From contig OX597820.1 in the NCBI GenBank assembly GCA_951406725.2, positions 101,494,001 through 101,558,000 of the forward strand: a stretch of 64,000 nt of DNA, read 5' to 3'. Positions 12,413-25,439 of the stretch are shown here, piece by piece; the first letter of the stretch is position 1; each line of letters opens with the position of its first letter. This DNA comes from Octopus vulgaris. Its lineage: Eukaryota. A program made the position numbers and the translations under genes. The notes beneath the pieces are model-generated. The model had not been told where the DNA came from and searched no databases. It worked only from the letters and a program-made list of their open reading frames with translations.

Positions 12413-13649
12413 CTGAAACGAACAGGACTTTAAAAATTCAGTTCTGTTATATTTTCATATATTTTATTGTGTTAGTTTTAACTTTGGCCCAGAAGCGATA
12501 TATGGCAGGAATGGAAAGTAGAAAATGTATTGTTTACATTTCCCTGTTGTTAAGTACACCCAAGTCAATACTAATTGAGCGGAGCTAAGATCAAAGCTCT
12601 TCAGTCGTGACGACTTGGTCGTTTTGAAGACAGTAGGGTATAATTTGGGGGCAATTTGGCTGCTGTGTCAAGTAGGTCTTGCTATTGAGTATGGATTTCT
12701 TCATTGGCCCGACCATAATCAATATAACAATAACAAATATTTCCAACCTTTCAATCACAAGTTTGTTCTTATTTGAAAGAATCATTATTAAATAGAGAAA
12801 AACCTTTTGAAGTTGCAACGAACTTATCACGGCTTAAAATATTGACAAGATATATGGAAAACACCACTCGCTGGTGTCTCGACTAGTCAGTTAGATAACT
12901 GGCTAACTGCGACACCAGCGCCTGTTCTGGCACTGTCAATCAATAAATCGCTGTTGGGAGATGAATCGCTGCTGTCTCTAGCTGTCGATTGTCCGTCATT
13001 GACAAGACCAAACAAGGTCGAAATCATGCGATCTGGTGGTCTCAGCGCTGGAGGTAGCGGGAATTTATTTCCCACTAGAGTGCATTTTACACCAAAATGC
13101 CAATATGAGAGTTTCTCTCATGGTATGCCGCAGTATAGTTTGTTCTAATAGAACGCCCATATTTAAGTGGGCATAAATATTATCTCCCGGCACTAATACT
13201 GCATCTGTCGCTAATATATAATAATAAAAATATATGAATTCAAGTATTTTGTTCTGTTTTCTGTTTGCCTCACCAAACATGTATGTATGCACGATTTTTC
13301 TTTGAGTTTATTAATTTCTTCGCGAGAGAGTTCAAGGCGATTACTAAAAAAGCAGTAAGACTTTTTGAGTTAAGTAAGTTCCCGGTGTTTGTGAATATGT
13401 GGTTGAGCTGGTGTGTTGGTTGAATGTCGATGCATACACCCAAATATGTGCATCTAATCACATAAGAATCTCACGTGGAGAATTTCTGGAATGTCTTACA
13501 TATCTTCACTGTTCCACTAATAGTTTCGAGTGGGGGAATCCGCGTCAGTTTCTTTTGCTCTTTTCCCGTGAAACCACGTGTTCCTAAGTTTTTCTGAAAA
13601 ATTGCTGGTACATAACCTAATTCACACATGATGACGGGTACAAATTAGG

Positions 13650-13890
13650 AGTCACAATCAGTGTACAAGGAAAGTGTACACTGTACACTGACTGTAACTT
13701 GTACAAGTCCCACATTAATTTGCCATACATGTTCTCTTTTAATTGTACATTCATGTCTGCGGGGCAGCTGACCTCTACAACAGTGCATAACTTTTGTTCA
13801 TTGTCCCATAGAGCAATATCAGGTCTGTTATGTTTGAGGAGTGGTTCTTTAAACTGCAACGCCGAGTTCTCAATGAATAGAGAAGACATC
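13650..13890 (-). pseudogene. Non-LTR retrotransposon restriction-like endonuclease (RLE) fragment, R4/Dong-like
   Basis: KHNRPDIALWDNEQKLCTVVEVSCPAD is a PD-(D/E)xK RLE motif. Confidence 0.7.
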
Positions 13891-14159
13891 TACAACAGAC
13901 TAGCGATTCTTTCATGAGAAAGTTTATTTTTCACTAATCAGGAGAATGACAAAAAGCTACGTAAGTCGCTGAAACTCGGAATAGATTAGATATTTTTATC
14001 ACGTGTTCAGTTTACTCTTTTAACAATTATACTTTTGATGACTGACAAAAAAGTCAGGTGCTGTTGAACGAAAGACTTTATAAGAATAATTATGTTCAAG
14101 TGTGAAAGATAAGTGATATTTACGAAACCCTTAATATTAACTGCTTACTAAAACATCGG

Positions 14160-14520
14160 TAGGGGCACACTTCAATTATGTTTCTCTGTATCTTGTGAGT
14201 GGATTTGGTATACGGAAACTAAAAGAAGCCCGTCGTTTATACACACACACACACACATATATATATATATGTGTGTGTGTGTATGTGTGTGTGTGTGTGT
14301 GTGTGTGTATACTTATGTGAGTGTGTCTTTGTGTCTGTTTGTCCCACCGCTTGACAACCGGTGTTGGTGTGTTCGCGTCCTCGTAACTTAGAGGTTCGGC
14401 AAAAGAGACCGACAGAATAACTACCAGGCTTAAGAAATATATATAGGAGTCGATTCATTCGACTAAAACTTTAAGGTGCTTCAGCTTGGCCGCATTCTAA
14501 TGACTGAAACAAGTAAAAAG
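14160..14520 (+). mobile_element. SINE family C (others about 545-680, 18035-18430, 18720-18860-, 41455-41745, 46905-47065-, 61190-61300-)
   Basis: Shared ttgtgagtggatttggta...ggaaact...gaagcccgtcg, internal (TA/TG)n and tail aatgactgaaacaagtaaaag. Confidence 0.75.
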
Positions 14521-14977
14521 ATTTTAATAAATAACATGATATGGTGTAAATTTTTGATAATTCAAGTTCATACACTAAATGACTTTTACATATATTTCAC
14601 ATGAGTCTGTTTCGGTATGTGTCAGGCCAATGACACTTCAGAAACGAAAAAGTTGCCTATATTACTGCATTTATAGTAAGATAGATGAGATATTCAGGAG
14701 AAACAATTGTAAATTGATGTAATAAAAAGACTTGCACACTTCATTCTTCTTGTTTGTAATTATAAAAACTCTATGAATATTTGTAGATTTTCAGACGTGT
14801 TTATTAAACAATCTCCGAATTATTGTCTGCGCAATTAGCCTGTACCCATGGATGAGCTTAAAAGGGTAAACTCCAAGGTTGTACCCAGATGAAATTATAA
14901 AACACCGACACACACAACACATAATACACACGTAAACATAAACACACATGCGCGCGCATACACACACATACATAAAC

Positions 14978-15027
<50 letters not shown>

Positions 15028-15060
15028 GTGTGTATGTACACCTCCCCCCACACACACATA

Positions 15061-16000
15061 TACACTACCGGCCAAAAGGTTGGGACCACCCTGAAATTTT
15101 CCACTATGTTCATAAAATATCCGTGTTTGGAGAAGTAAATTAGCCTATTCTATATTATTTCAAACCCTTATGCAGATTTCAAGCAAATTTCTATATATAT
15201 ATTAAACATTCATCTTGTATAAGCTGTGAATATTGCTCTATATAGACACATAGAGCCTTTAGCTGAAAATGCTATAGCATCCAAGGCCGCTTAAGCTGAA
15301 TCTGATAGTTTGAATTTGCAACTGTGAACTTAATAGAAGAGAAAAGTACTTTTCCCAAAACTCTAGAGTAAACATTAACCCAATTTTCTTCTTTAATTTT
15401 CAGGTTGTGATTCAATTTCTGCTGATAAAGTAACTCATGCAGTAGTTATTAAGATCCAATAATTTTAATTTATTCCCGTAAACCCTAGTTTTAAACAATG
15501 GCAAGAACCAAACAGATTAATATTGAAAAAAAGAGAGCTCAAGTGGAAATTGTTTCAAAAGAAGGGTATTCCGAACGTCATATTGCTAGAAAATTAGACC
15601 TATCAAAAAGTGGTGTGCATCATTGCCTTAAACGACTTGGTGAAACTGGCTCAAATCTTGACAGAAAAAAGATCCGGTACGCCCAGAGCTACATCTACTG
15701 CAGAGGATAAGCACTTGATCCTGTCCAAGAAAAGGAATAGAAGAAAAACAAGTCCGGAACTAACCGGATCTGTAATGATTTGGGGATGCGAGATTGCTGG
15801 ATACCTTATTAAAATTAAAGGCGCAATGCGAAAGGTAAAATATCATTCAATACTGCAAAAGCATGCAATTCCCTCTGGTTGTCACATTATTGGACAGAAT
15901 TTTGTTTTTCAACAAGATAATAATCCAGAACACAGTGCACTAAATTGTGCAGAGATTATTTTAACTGAAAGGAAGATAAGGGAATTTCTATCCTATGATT
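15061..16000 (+). mobile_element. Tc1-like transposon, internally deleted and frameshifted
   Basis: TA-CACTACCGGCCAAAAG terminus. ORF pieces MARTKQI...GYSERHIARKLDLSKSGVHHCL...RSGTPRATS and GSVMIWGC...FVFQQDNNPEH. Confidence 0.85.
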
Positions 16001-17506
16001 CATTCAATTTACGTTTCATTAAAAAAAGAATACTTTTCCTTATGATTATTCGACAGTTTCCACAATAGAAAACGTAACGTTAATTAATAATCTTATATTA
16101 TAAGTTGAAAAACTGAGAAGTATTAAAACTTAATTCAGTACAGAACGTTAGATCGAAAGATGTCATAAAACGGTCGATACGATATTTTGCTATTCATCTT
16201 CTGCTGCTTTTGCTTTAACAATCCGATAGTTGTTTGATCATAAAACAAAATAATTAGTGCATATCAGTTATGGCACTTTCTTTCATAGATCATTTTTTTA
16301 AGAGTTAGATATTATTGTATCATTTTTATATTACAACAGATTTTTTTTCTATAAAAGAAATCCTGATTATTATAAAAGACGGTGAGCTGGCAGAATCATA
16401 AGCGTGTCGGGCAAAATGCTTAACAGCATTTCGTCCGTCTTTACGTTCTGAGTTGAAATTCCGTCGGGGTTGACTTTGCCGTTCATCATTTCGACGTGGA
16501 TAAAATAAGTACCAGTTGAGCACTGGGCTGATATAATCAACTAAATCCCATCACCTAAATTGCTGGCCTTGTGCCAAAATTTGAAATCATTAGTATTATA
16601 AAAAATAGTTCATTATATTACAGATTTTGCATGATTTATTAAGTATACAATTACACTGTGTGACACGATTAGCTGTATATGTAAACCGAATAAGCCTTTT
16701 TACTATAGGCACACAGTTTGAAATTTTGGGGAAATTTTGACCCCAAGTGCTCGACTGGTTCTTGACCGTCAAAGAATGAAACGCAAAGTCGATCTCAGCA
16801 CAATTTAAACTTTGAAGACAGACGAAATGCTGCTAAACATTTTGCCAAGCGTACTAACAAATCTGCAGACTCACCGCCTTAACAAAAAAAAAAAGAAGAA
16901 AGAAAAATGGAACTGAAGTAATAATCCTTTCTGCTAAAGGCCTGAAATTTGTGGGGAGGGGACTAGTCGATCACGTCGACCCCAGTCTTTCACTGGTACG
17001 TCATTTATCGACCTCCAAAGAATGAAAGGCAAAGTCGACCGCGGCGGAATTTGAACTCAGAACATTAAGACGGGCGAAATGCCGCAAAGCATTTTGCCCG
17101 TCGTGCTAACGATTGTCAGCTCGCCGCCTTAAAATGAACCAAAGTAATAGTAAAATATATTTTAAAGATTTCTGCATTTAGCGGGCTTCTATCACTTTGT
17201 AATTATGTTTTCCCGGAAAGATTAGTGAAATGTTAATCATAGGATAGAAAGTTTTAACTCGTCAGTCGAGTGACGAGCTCCTTATCTACTTGGCAATTGT
17301 CTTTCCTCGATTGCCCCAATAAACCTTATAAATTAAATTATGAAATTTTGAGAGGGATACGAATTTAGGTCAAAATATTTCTTACTGTTTTTTCTATAAT
17401 ATTTTTGTTTAATTTAACCCGAAATTTTAACCTGATAAAAACATGTATTCTGCATCGAAATAAAATGTATACTGAAATTGAAATATCTATTGCTTTGAAC
17501 TACGAT

Positions 17507-17885
17507 GGAAGCACTCCGTCGGTTACGACGACGAGGGTTCCGGTTGATCCGAGTCAACGGAACAGCCTGCTCATGAAATTAACGTGTAAGTGGCTGAGCA
17601 CTCCACAGACATGTGTACCCTTAACGTAGTTCTCGGGGATATTCAGCGTGACACAGAGAGTGACAAGGCCGGTCCTTTGAAATACAGGTACAACAGAAAC
17701 AGGAAGTAAGAGAAAGTTGTGGTGAAAGAGTACAGCAGGGATCACCACCATCCCCTGCCGGGGCCTCGTGGAGCTTTAGGTGTTTTTGCTCAATAAACAC
17801 TCACAACGCCCGGTCTGGGAATCGAAACCGCGATCCTATGACCGCGAGTCCGCTGCCCTAACCACTGGGCCATTGCGCCTCCACT
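17507..17885 (-). mobile_element. tRNA-derived SINE, family A (other copies about 6974-7295+, 37398-37715-, 40375-40692+; same head at 46337+ and 52171+)
   Basis: ggaggcgcaaTGGCCCAGTGGttagg...GGTTTCGATTCC provides Pol III A and B boxes. The body is shared among dispersed copies. Confidence 0.85.
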
Positions 17886-18184
17886 TGAACTACGATATAA
17901 GTTTATGAAAACATTTTAGATTTCTAAAATCCAAGGTAGAATGAAATTTTAAAAATTGGACTAAAAAAAAAAAAAAAAAAAAAAAATTACAGACAAGTGA
18001 ACAGGGAAATTGGATCGAAATCCTCATTAAAAGCGCAGGCATGGCAGTATAGTTCTGAAGCTAATATAGCTCCGGGCCAGCTAATGCCGTGTGAGTGAAT
18101 TTGGTGGATGGAAACTGTGTAGAAGCCTGATATGTATATATGCATGTGCACGCATGTGTGTAAGTGTGTGTTGTATGTGTATGT

Positions 18185-18223
<39 letters not shown>

Positions 18224-18470
18224 TTTGAGTTTGTCTCCCTATACCTCTTGACAACCGGTATTGAATTATTTACGTCTCCGTAACTTAGCGGTCCAGCAAA
18301 AGTATCAAAAGAAAGAATAAGTACCAAACTTAAAATATAAGCACTGCGGTCGATTTACTTCTCTAGTCTCTTCAAGGCGGAGCCCCAGCATGGTCGCAGT
18401 ACAATAACTGAAGTAAGTTAAAGACAAAAGGTTAAAAAAATACAAACGAGAGTTAACTTTAGTTTCTTAC

Positions 18471-18594
18471 CATAGCAACGAGTGTTGGTGATGCCAAGAC
18501 GAAGGACAGACACCAAATCATAACGATGATGATGATTGACCGTTTCTTGGTACATTTGTATTGAGCTTTAAGAGGATGGCATATGGCATAATAT
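18471..18594 (-). CDS. Class A GPCR exon (ERY motif, ICL2, TM4)
   Basis: tttcag|A TAT TAT...GCT ATG|gtaaga encodes (R)YYAICHPLKAQYKCTKKRSIIIIVMIWCLSFVLASPTLVAM. Completes ERY and contains the TM4 Trp and Pro. Confidence 0.94.
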
Positions 18595-19549
18595 CTGAAA
18601 TGAAATCACAGAACAATGTAAAGGAATAAAATTATGAGTTGTAAGACATTTTAATACCTTCCACTTTACTGAAAATTCAAGTGAAGTTATACAATATGCG
18701 TATACTTACATCCTTTTATTATTTTATTCTTTTATTTGTTTCAGTCATTTGACGGTGCCCATGCTGGAGCACCGCCTTTTAGTCAAACAAATCGACCCTA
18801 GCATTTATTCTTTGTAATCCTAGTACTTATTCAATAGGTTCTCTTCTGCCGAACCGCTAATTTAAAGGAAAAAAACAAGGACGGGTCATTGAGAACTTTC
18901 AATCATCAGTTGAAAAGCAGATCGTTTTTGCAGTTTCGGCCGAATACTCTCGAGACTGCTCTAATCTGGCCGGCCCCAAGGAAATTTAAGCTAATTTTCT
19001 CTCCTCTCCCTTCACTTATACTACTCTTTCTTTCACTCCATCTTACTGCGTGATTTCAGACAAAATACAGAATACGAATCTTTGGAAGAAAGCAAGCGAA
19101 TGTATTCGAAAACAAGGATAAAAAACCCCAGAGAAATGATACACAATTACAAATACAACAACAGGGGATTAACAACAGTTGTCTTTCGACTAAGGACGAA
19201 TAAAATTAAGCTAGCGTGTGTGGAAGTGAAGCCTTACGGCAGGAGCATAGAAGATGAAAGTCATAGGAAGAAATACGAGATGCTACACAGATGGTAGTCG
19301 AACCAAGAAAGAAAGGTCAGGCTTGGCCGAACACCGGTCACATGGAAGGAGAGAGGTAGTGGGTAGAGGGATTGAAGAATTAGGGAGGTACGAGAAAGAG
19401 AGAAAATAAGAAGGAAAAGGACAGAGTGAGGTAAAGGAGGAGGGAAAGTGATGAGAATGAAGAGAAGGCTAAGAAATGTGAGAGAGGGTGGGAGCGAGAA
19501 AAAGATATGTGGAAGGAAGGGAGAAAGTGTAAAAGGGGTTAAAGGAAAG

Positions 19550-20069
19550 GGCAAGACTTCCGTCCGTTCCCACCCCAAACAACCCTTTTTAATTTTTTTT
19601 TGTCGACACAAACCCTCACTTTTTGGCTACGGGGAATACGAATCTGCAAAAAATTGGCAAAATCGGCATTTTAAAATTACCACCACTACCCCCATTTCCT
19701 TCATTTTTTACGCTTTTTTTCAGAATTATTTTTCAAAATATGCGGAAAAATACGGAGATTATGATTCCGAAAGAAATTTCCAAAAATTTTTGTAAAACCT
19801 TTTTTAAGAATTTTTTTTTCTAAATATGCGGAAAAATATGGACATTTCAAAATTTCAAAACATTCCTGTAGTTACGGTTAGGGTTAGGATTAGTGTTGGT
19901 GAAAAAAGTCAAAATTGAAGAATTGGGAGGAGGGGGAGAAATTTAACAATGCCGATTTTTGACATTTTTCCGGAAACTCCGTATCCAAAAACGGGGATTA
20001 TTTTGGCAAAAAAAATTTTAATAAACAAATTTGGGAGAAAATGAGGTGGAGGATGGGCGAAGTCTTTCC
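19550..20069. mobile_element. MITE with GG...CC termini, 8-bp TSD and internal TTAGGG-like repeats
   Basis: TSD aaggaaag at 19542-19549 and 20070-20077. TIR ggcaagacttc/gaagtctttcc. Confidence 0.85.
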
Positions 20070-20206
20070 AAGGAAAGAGTAAGAGTCGTGTAGAATTTAG
20101 GTATATATATATATAAAGGGAAAGTTTACGAAAATAAACAAAAGATGAAGGCAGGTGGTGTACAAACAAACAGATGTATTAGTATAGCGCTCAGGAATAG
20201 AAAAAA

Positions 20207-20244
20207 TATTTTACGTTTCGAGCCTACGCTCTTCTACAGAAAGA
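20207..20244 (-). ncRNA. Degenerate minimal hammerhead-like motif
   Basis: cttt-CTGTAGA-a gagc gtag gctc-GAAAC-GTA-aaa. Perfect 4-bp stem II, core A6 mutated. Confidence 0.4.
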
Positions 20245-20761
20245 TACACAGAAAAAAACAAGGAGAGAAGAAAGGAGAGAAAAAAAGGAGAGAAAAAAAG
20301 GAGAGAAACAAAGGAGAAAAAAAGTGTAGTAGCTAACGATCTATCATGGCGTCTGTATATACGTAAATATGTATATGTGTGTGTATAAATATCTGTGTTT
20401 ATATAAATACATGGTGACAAAAATATATATAAACTCAATCCCAAACTGCATTCGTATCACAGCTGTTACTCCCACTACTTCACTGATTTACTATTTTCTC
20501 TCCTCTCCCTTCACTTATACTACACTTTCTCTCACTCCCTCCTACTGCGTGATTTCAGACAAATATATATATGTATACATATAAATATATAAAAAAAACT
20601 ACGCTCATTATGATATTAGGAGATAATGTAAAGTATATAATTAAAACTGACTTCCAAATCTTCAGAGATGCATAATCTTTATATGTAACCTTGCTGGATT
20701 GTTGAAATGCTGACAGAAGTAACAACCGTTGCAGTAGCGACCATCTGAAGTTCTCAACTGC

Positions 20762-20797
<36 letters not shown>

Positions 20798-21013
20798 AAC
20801 ACATACCTGTTGAACATGGTACTTTCCTATAGGTTCTGGTCCTCTTGGTAATGTATAGAATAGTAGGTTAGTAGTAATAAGGTTAGTTAGAAGAAATGAA
20901 GGAATTGGTCTTTAATTCATTTAACAGATATAGAAACTCTTCAAATTTTTTATGAAATGAAATGGAATGGAATAAAATAAACAGAGTAAAGTATTTACGT
21001 TATTATATTTAAG

Positions 21014-21596
21014 GGAAAGACTTCTGCTCGTCCCCCACCCCATTTTCTCCCAAATTTGTTTATTAAAAAAAATTTTTTTTTTGCCAAAAATCCGTTTTCG
21101 GATACGGAGGTTCCGGAAAATTGCCAAAAATCGGCAGTGTGAAAATCCCCACCACCACTTTCCCCCACCAACTTCTTCAATTTTGACTTTTTTCCGCAAC
21201 ACTAACCGTAAAACCCTAATCCTAACTCTAAAACCCTAACCCTAAACCAAACCCTAACCCTAACCCTAAAACCGTAACCGTAAGTACAGTAATGTTTTGA
21301 AATTTTTGTCCGAATCATGATTTTCCCGCATATTTAGAAAAGAAAAAAAAAATTCTTAAAAAATTTTTTGAAAATTTTTTTCAGTATCATAAACTTCGTA
21401 TTTTTCCGCATATTTTGAAAAAAAAAAAAGAATCTGAAAAAAGTTAAAAATGAAGGGAATGTGGGTGGGTGGGGTGGGTGTAATTTAGATATGTCGAATT
21501 TTGCCAATTTTTTTGCAGATTCGTATTCCCCGTAGCCGAAAAGGGTGGGGGGTTGTGTCGAAAAAAAGGAGGGTGGGGGCAGGCGGAAATCTTGCC
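21014..21596. mobile_element. MITE of the same family as 19550-20069, opposite orientation
   Basis: TSD tatttaag at 21006-21013 and 21597-21604. (AACCCT)n tract at about 21200-21280. Confidence 0.85.
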
Positions 21597-21773
21597 TATT
21601 TAAGAACTTTTCGTCCAGACAGAAACTGTGTGGAAAGCTCGTCGGCAGGACTGTGCATGTAATTCCAGTTTTGTTTGAGAATATTCTTAAGTGTGTGTTT
21701 TTGAGGAATACCCAACCACTTACAGAGTAATAAAATGAATAGGTAGGTTGGTTGATCGAACAATTGAATTTTT

Positions 21774-22204
21774 GGATCTTTTCGGTTTGAACGGCAGTTT
21801 TTTCTAGCGGTGTCATATGAAATTGTCACCCATAATTATGACCCTAGGATCGATCTATTGCATTTCAATCTGTTTTAGGATTAGGGTTAGGGTTAAGGTT
21901 AGGGGTGGGAGGAAGGGTATCTTTTTTTCTTCACAAATGTAAATAAACCCAATCTGTTTCTTAAACGAGGGACATATTCATACTGCACAGAATGTTTTTT
22001 TACCTCAATGGACGTCATTGATTGGTTGAAATTGCAGAAATTGAAGAAAAAAGACAACAAATATCTTACAAACTATAGAATTTTCTCAATAAAGCCAAGA
22101 GAAAAAGATGTTTTATAAACACATTCTACCAGTATACGAAGTTCAAAAGTGTTTAGTTACGTGGAAATTATTTTAAAAAACTGCCGGTCAAACCGAAAAG
22201 ATCC
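21774..22204. mobile_element. MITE with ~30 bp TIR, 8-bp TSD and internal TTAGGG repeats
   Basis: TIR ggatcttttcggtttga(a/c)cggcagtttttt. TSD gaattttt at 21766-21773 and 22205-22212. A partial copy lies at 25353-25432. Confidence 0.88.
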
Positions 22205-22345
22205 GAATTTTTATAGCTGAAACCGACAGAGATCCACGCATTTACATACACAGTGACCAAGGTAAACACCAAGAACATATTCATAGATACTGTTATACAC
22301 AATTTAGAAGAATAAGTTAGTAAGACTAATAATGTTTGCCCTCAC

Positions 22346-22467
22346 CTTTCCAGGCTTATAACGCACATTGTGAAAATGGATGAGACAAAGGTAAAATCCC
22401 GTATATAGTACACCAGCTTACACGCGGCATCTGCCATATTGTTCACAGCTTTCAATGTTTCAGCAAG
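22346..22467 (-). CDS. Class A GPCR exon (ECL1, TM3)
   Basis: ttcag|CTT GCT...GAA AG|gtgag encodes LAETLKAVNNMADAACKLVYYIRDFTFVSSIFTMCVISLE(R), including the conserved TM3 Cys. Phase 0 in, phase 2 out. Confidence 0.93.
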
Positions 22468-22872
22468 CTGAATAGAAATCAAAATGTGAAACACTGTAAG
22501 TAAACATATATAAATACACATGCGCTCGTACACACATACACGTGTTTGTGTGTGTGTGTGTGTGTGTACACGAGTGAGTGAACAAGCGAAAGAAAAGGGC
22601 ACTCAACACATTTAGTAGGAGTTACATGCATTATCTAAAATAGTTCGATTCGGCTCTATGCAGCTTAAAGTTTCGCGGGCATCTAACAGAAGACCGTCTC
22701 TTTCAAGGTTTAGATTGACGAATGGAGAAATACACGAAGTCCATGATGGCTACAAAGAAAATAGGCTGCTGTTAATAAAGCTGGGTCACATGGTATTGCC
22801 CTTGAAATATCAGTTGCTCAGCGACTGCAGTTCCTTTAGAAAGGAGAATTTTTTTGACCGCGTGGCTAGACC

Positions 22873-22931
<59 letters not shown>

Positions 22932-22942
22932 AGTGTGTGTGT

Positions 22943-23010
<68 letters not shown>

Positions 23011-23607
23011 ATGTATGTATGTATGAATAGAGAGTCACACATTGTATACAGCATCTGACAAAATGTCTTATAGTGTTTAATTACAGTTGGCTTTCACAAC
23101 CCACCAGAGTCACATTTGTCCTTTAATGTTTATGTCGATAGATTAAGAACCTGTTAACTACTGGAGTGGGGGGCACTCGAATCGTTTATATTCTGATGCC
23201 AATGTTTGCAGTCACGATATAAGTGGTTTTGGCTTCTTTTTGATAGAATAGAAAGCCGAGTGGAAAACCTGGGATGCACACAACTGAAATCGAGAAACCG
23301 GAACTCGGTATTTCAAAACCGACGCTGCCTCGTGTCGGTGACCAAAACACTTAACTGTCATTGGTCAAGTTCACTTAAATCTTCGTTTTTCTGGTTTAGC
23401 GCCAAATAAACATAATTGAGGAAACATATGATAAAAGATGTCTCAGCTGTGCCAATCTTGTGCTTTTATTTCAGATATAGTGTATCTAACGACGTGTATA
23501 ACATTTCTAGTGTATACATAAACGTGGAACGTAATACTTTGTTTCAGAGAAACTTCTCTTAAGAGATTATTAAAAACGCAAAGTTTACTCAGAAAATCGT
23601 CGGCAAA

Positions 23608-23654
23608 TCGTCAGATACTGGAGTTTCGACCTGATTTAGTCTCTTCAGAGACGA
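23608..23654 (-). ncRNA. Type I hammerhead ribozyme motif
   Basis: tcgtct-CTGAAGA-gac taaatcag gtc-GAAAC-tcca-GTA-tctgacga. Intact core and stems II/III. Stem I (tcgtc/gacga) is offset by an internal loop. Confidence 0.6.
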
Positions 23655-25439
23655 ACATCCTCGCCCATTCTGTAAAGACTGATGCAGTTTTTTCCTAATA
23701 ACCCACTCGGACTTTACCATCGTACAGCATTGCAAAGAAGGTTACCTTGGAGCGACTTCTTGTAGCCTTTAATTGTATCGCCGAGAATTTCGACTTTGTT
23801 CAGTTCCAAACAGAAATCGAAACTAAATCACAAACTCAGCTCTTAGATTTTAAATAAAATCAGAATTCAAGGAGACTGGTCGGCAAGACTTGCATTATTT
23901 GTAAAAGGCGACAGAAAGAGTATTGTTAAGATTGACTAAATCATAACACGGTGTCAAAGTAAGGTCGTAGTGTAATTACGAAAACCAGTGAAAGGATAAT
24001 TTGAAATACCTAGTATCTCGTACAATCTAATTCATGTCTGGCACGTGACTCGATTCAAAGCAATCTCAAGTAGGCATTCATCTGGAACTTGATGTTTGTT
24101 GACAATGTAAATGTTTGCCTGTTATGCACGGCCTCTTAGTCTTCCATGTAAACAAAGCATTATTAAAAAGAGCTGATGTTGAGATAGATAGGAAAGACAT
24201 AGATTTAGATAGACTGGTGGACAGACAGACAGACAAACAGACGATAGATAGATAGAAAGAGAGAGAGAGGAGGGTTTATTGAAAGTTCTTACAAAGTAAA
24301 CAAATTTATTGCACTACATAGTTTTCATGTACCTAATGTTGCTACCGCTGCTAACAAATATACATGTGATCGATTTTCAGCAGATCATAATTAAATGACA
24401 CACACGGTCGAAGTTAGTTGGTGCAAGTCTCACTTAAAATTACTTTTATGTCAAATCCTATGCATTCGTTTTCTATCAATCAGTATAAATTTTCTTTTCA
24501 ATTTTCATGCACGAAATATTGCTAAATCGCTTCTGAAATGATCGGTGTTACAGAATACCTATGGATTATTATATAAGGTACGAAGAGCAGAGGGGTAGTG
24601 AATGTAAGGAAAGGAAATAGGTCAACTGCTGGATATGAGCACCTTTGTGATACTAAGTTATGTTCCTTTAAACTCTGAGATTAACTTTATTCTGTACGGC
24701 ACTGATAAAATAAGTACTAATCAAGTAACGGGGATCGATTCAAGTGACTATATTCTTTAACTACAAAATTATGGGCTTGTATCAAAATCAATATATTATG
24801 TAGAGTTAGCAACGTGAAGACAGTGTTACTGTTACTGCTTCTGTTTTTACTGTTGCTGGTAATTTTATGAATTCATCGTTGCCATGGCATTAGAATTGTG
24901 CATGTGATGAGCTAATAGTGGGATGGACTGTTGCTCATGAGTCCACACACACACACACACACACACACACACCAGCACGGATGGGGACCAAGAATTTGAT
25001 ACAATGGATGAGAGAAGCTATTGGCAATTCTGATCTCAGACTATATACTGTAGAAGCGTTGATTTACCATTTCGAAGCACATCACCGCAAGTTATCGAAG
25101 TACTAATTATTAAAAATATATTCGCGTTGCTCAGCATAATGTTTCATATTACTATAGGATAGGGAAATGGTGAGGAGGTGACACTCCTATTTTTCTCCAC
25201 CATTTAGTAATATCATAACACCCATTCTCCCATTAGTGGTAAATGGAGTAGAGTGTGGTGTTTTGCAATGAATTCACTACTCAAATGAAATGGAGTAGAT
25301 TAAACTCAATACTTGAAACCGCATTGTAATTTCGAAACTCAGAAAATTTATCGGATCTTTTCGGTTTGAACGGCAGTTTTTAACATAATTTCTAGGTAAC
25401 TAAAAAATTTAAAACTTCGTATACTGGTAGAATCGATTA

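Noticed and set aside
12575-12615. Minus-strand CTGAAGA-gct...agc hammerhead half
   Set aside because: No GAAA or stem III follows.
17800-17885. Possible tRNA gene
   Set aside because: The tRNA-like head continues into a SINE body found in several dispersed copies and has no proper acceptor stem or terminator.
18878-18945. Minus-strand CTGATGA plus hairpin
   Set aside because: GAAA is replaced by GACC, too decayed to call.
21200-21285. True telomere or chromosome fusion site
   Set aside because: The degenerate AACCCT repeats are internal to a TSD-flanked MITE.
23200-23900. Possible mariner transposase remnant
   Set aside because: Only vague peptide resemblance. The best-matching stretch is better explained by the HHR motif.
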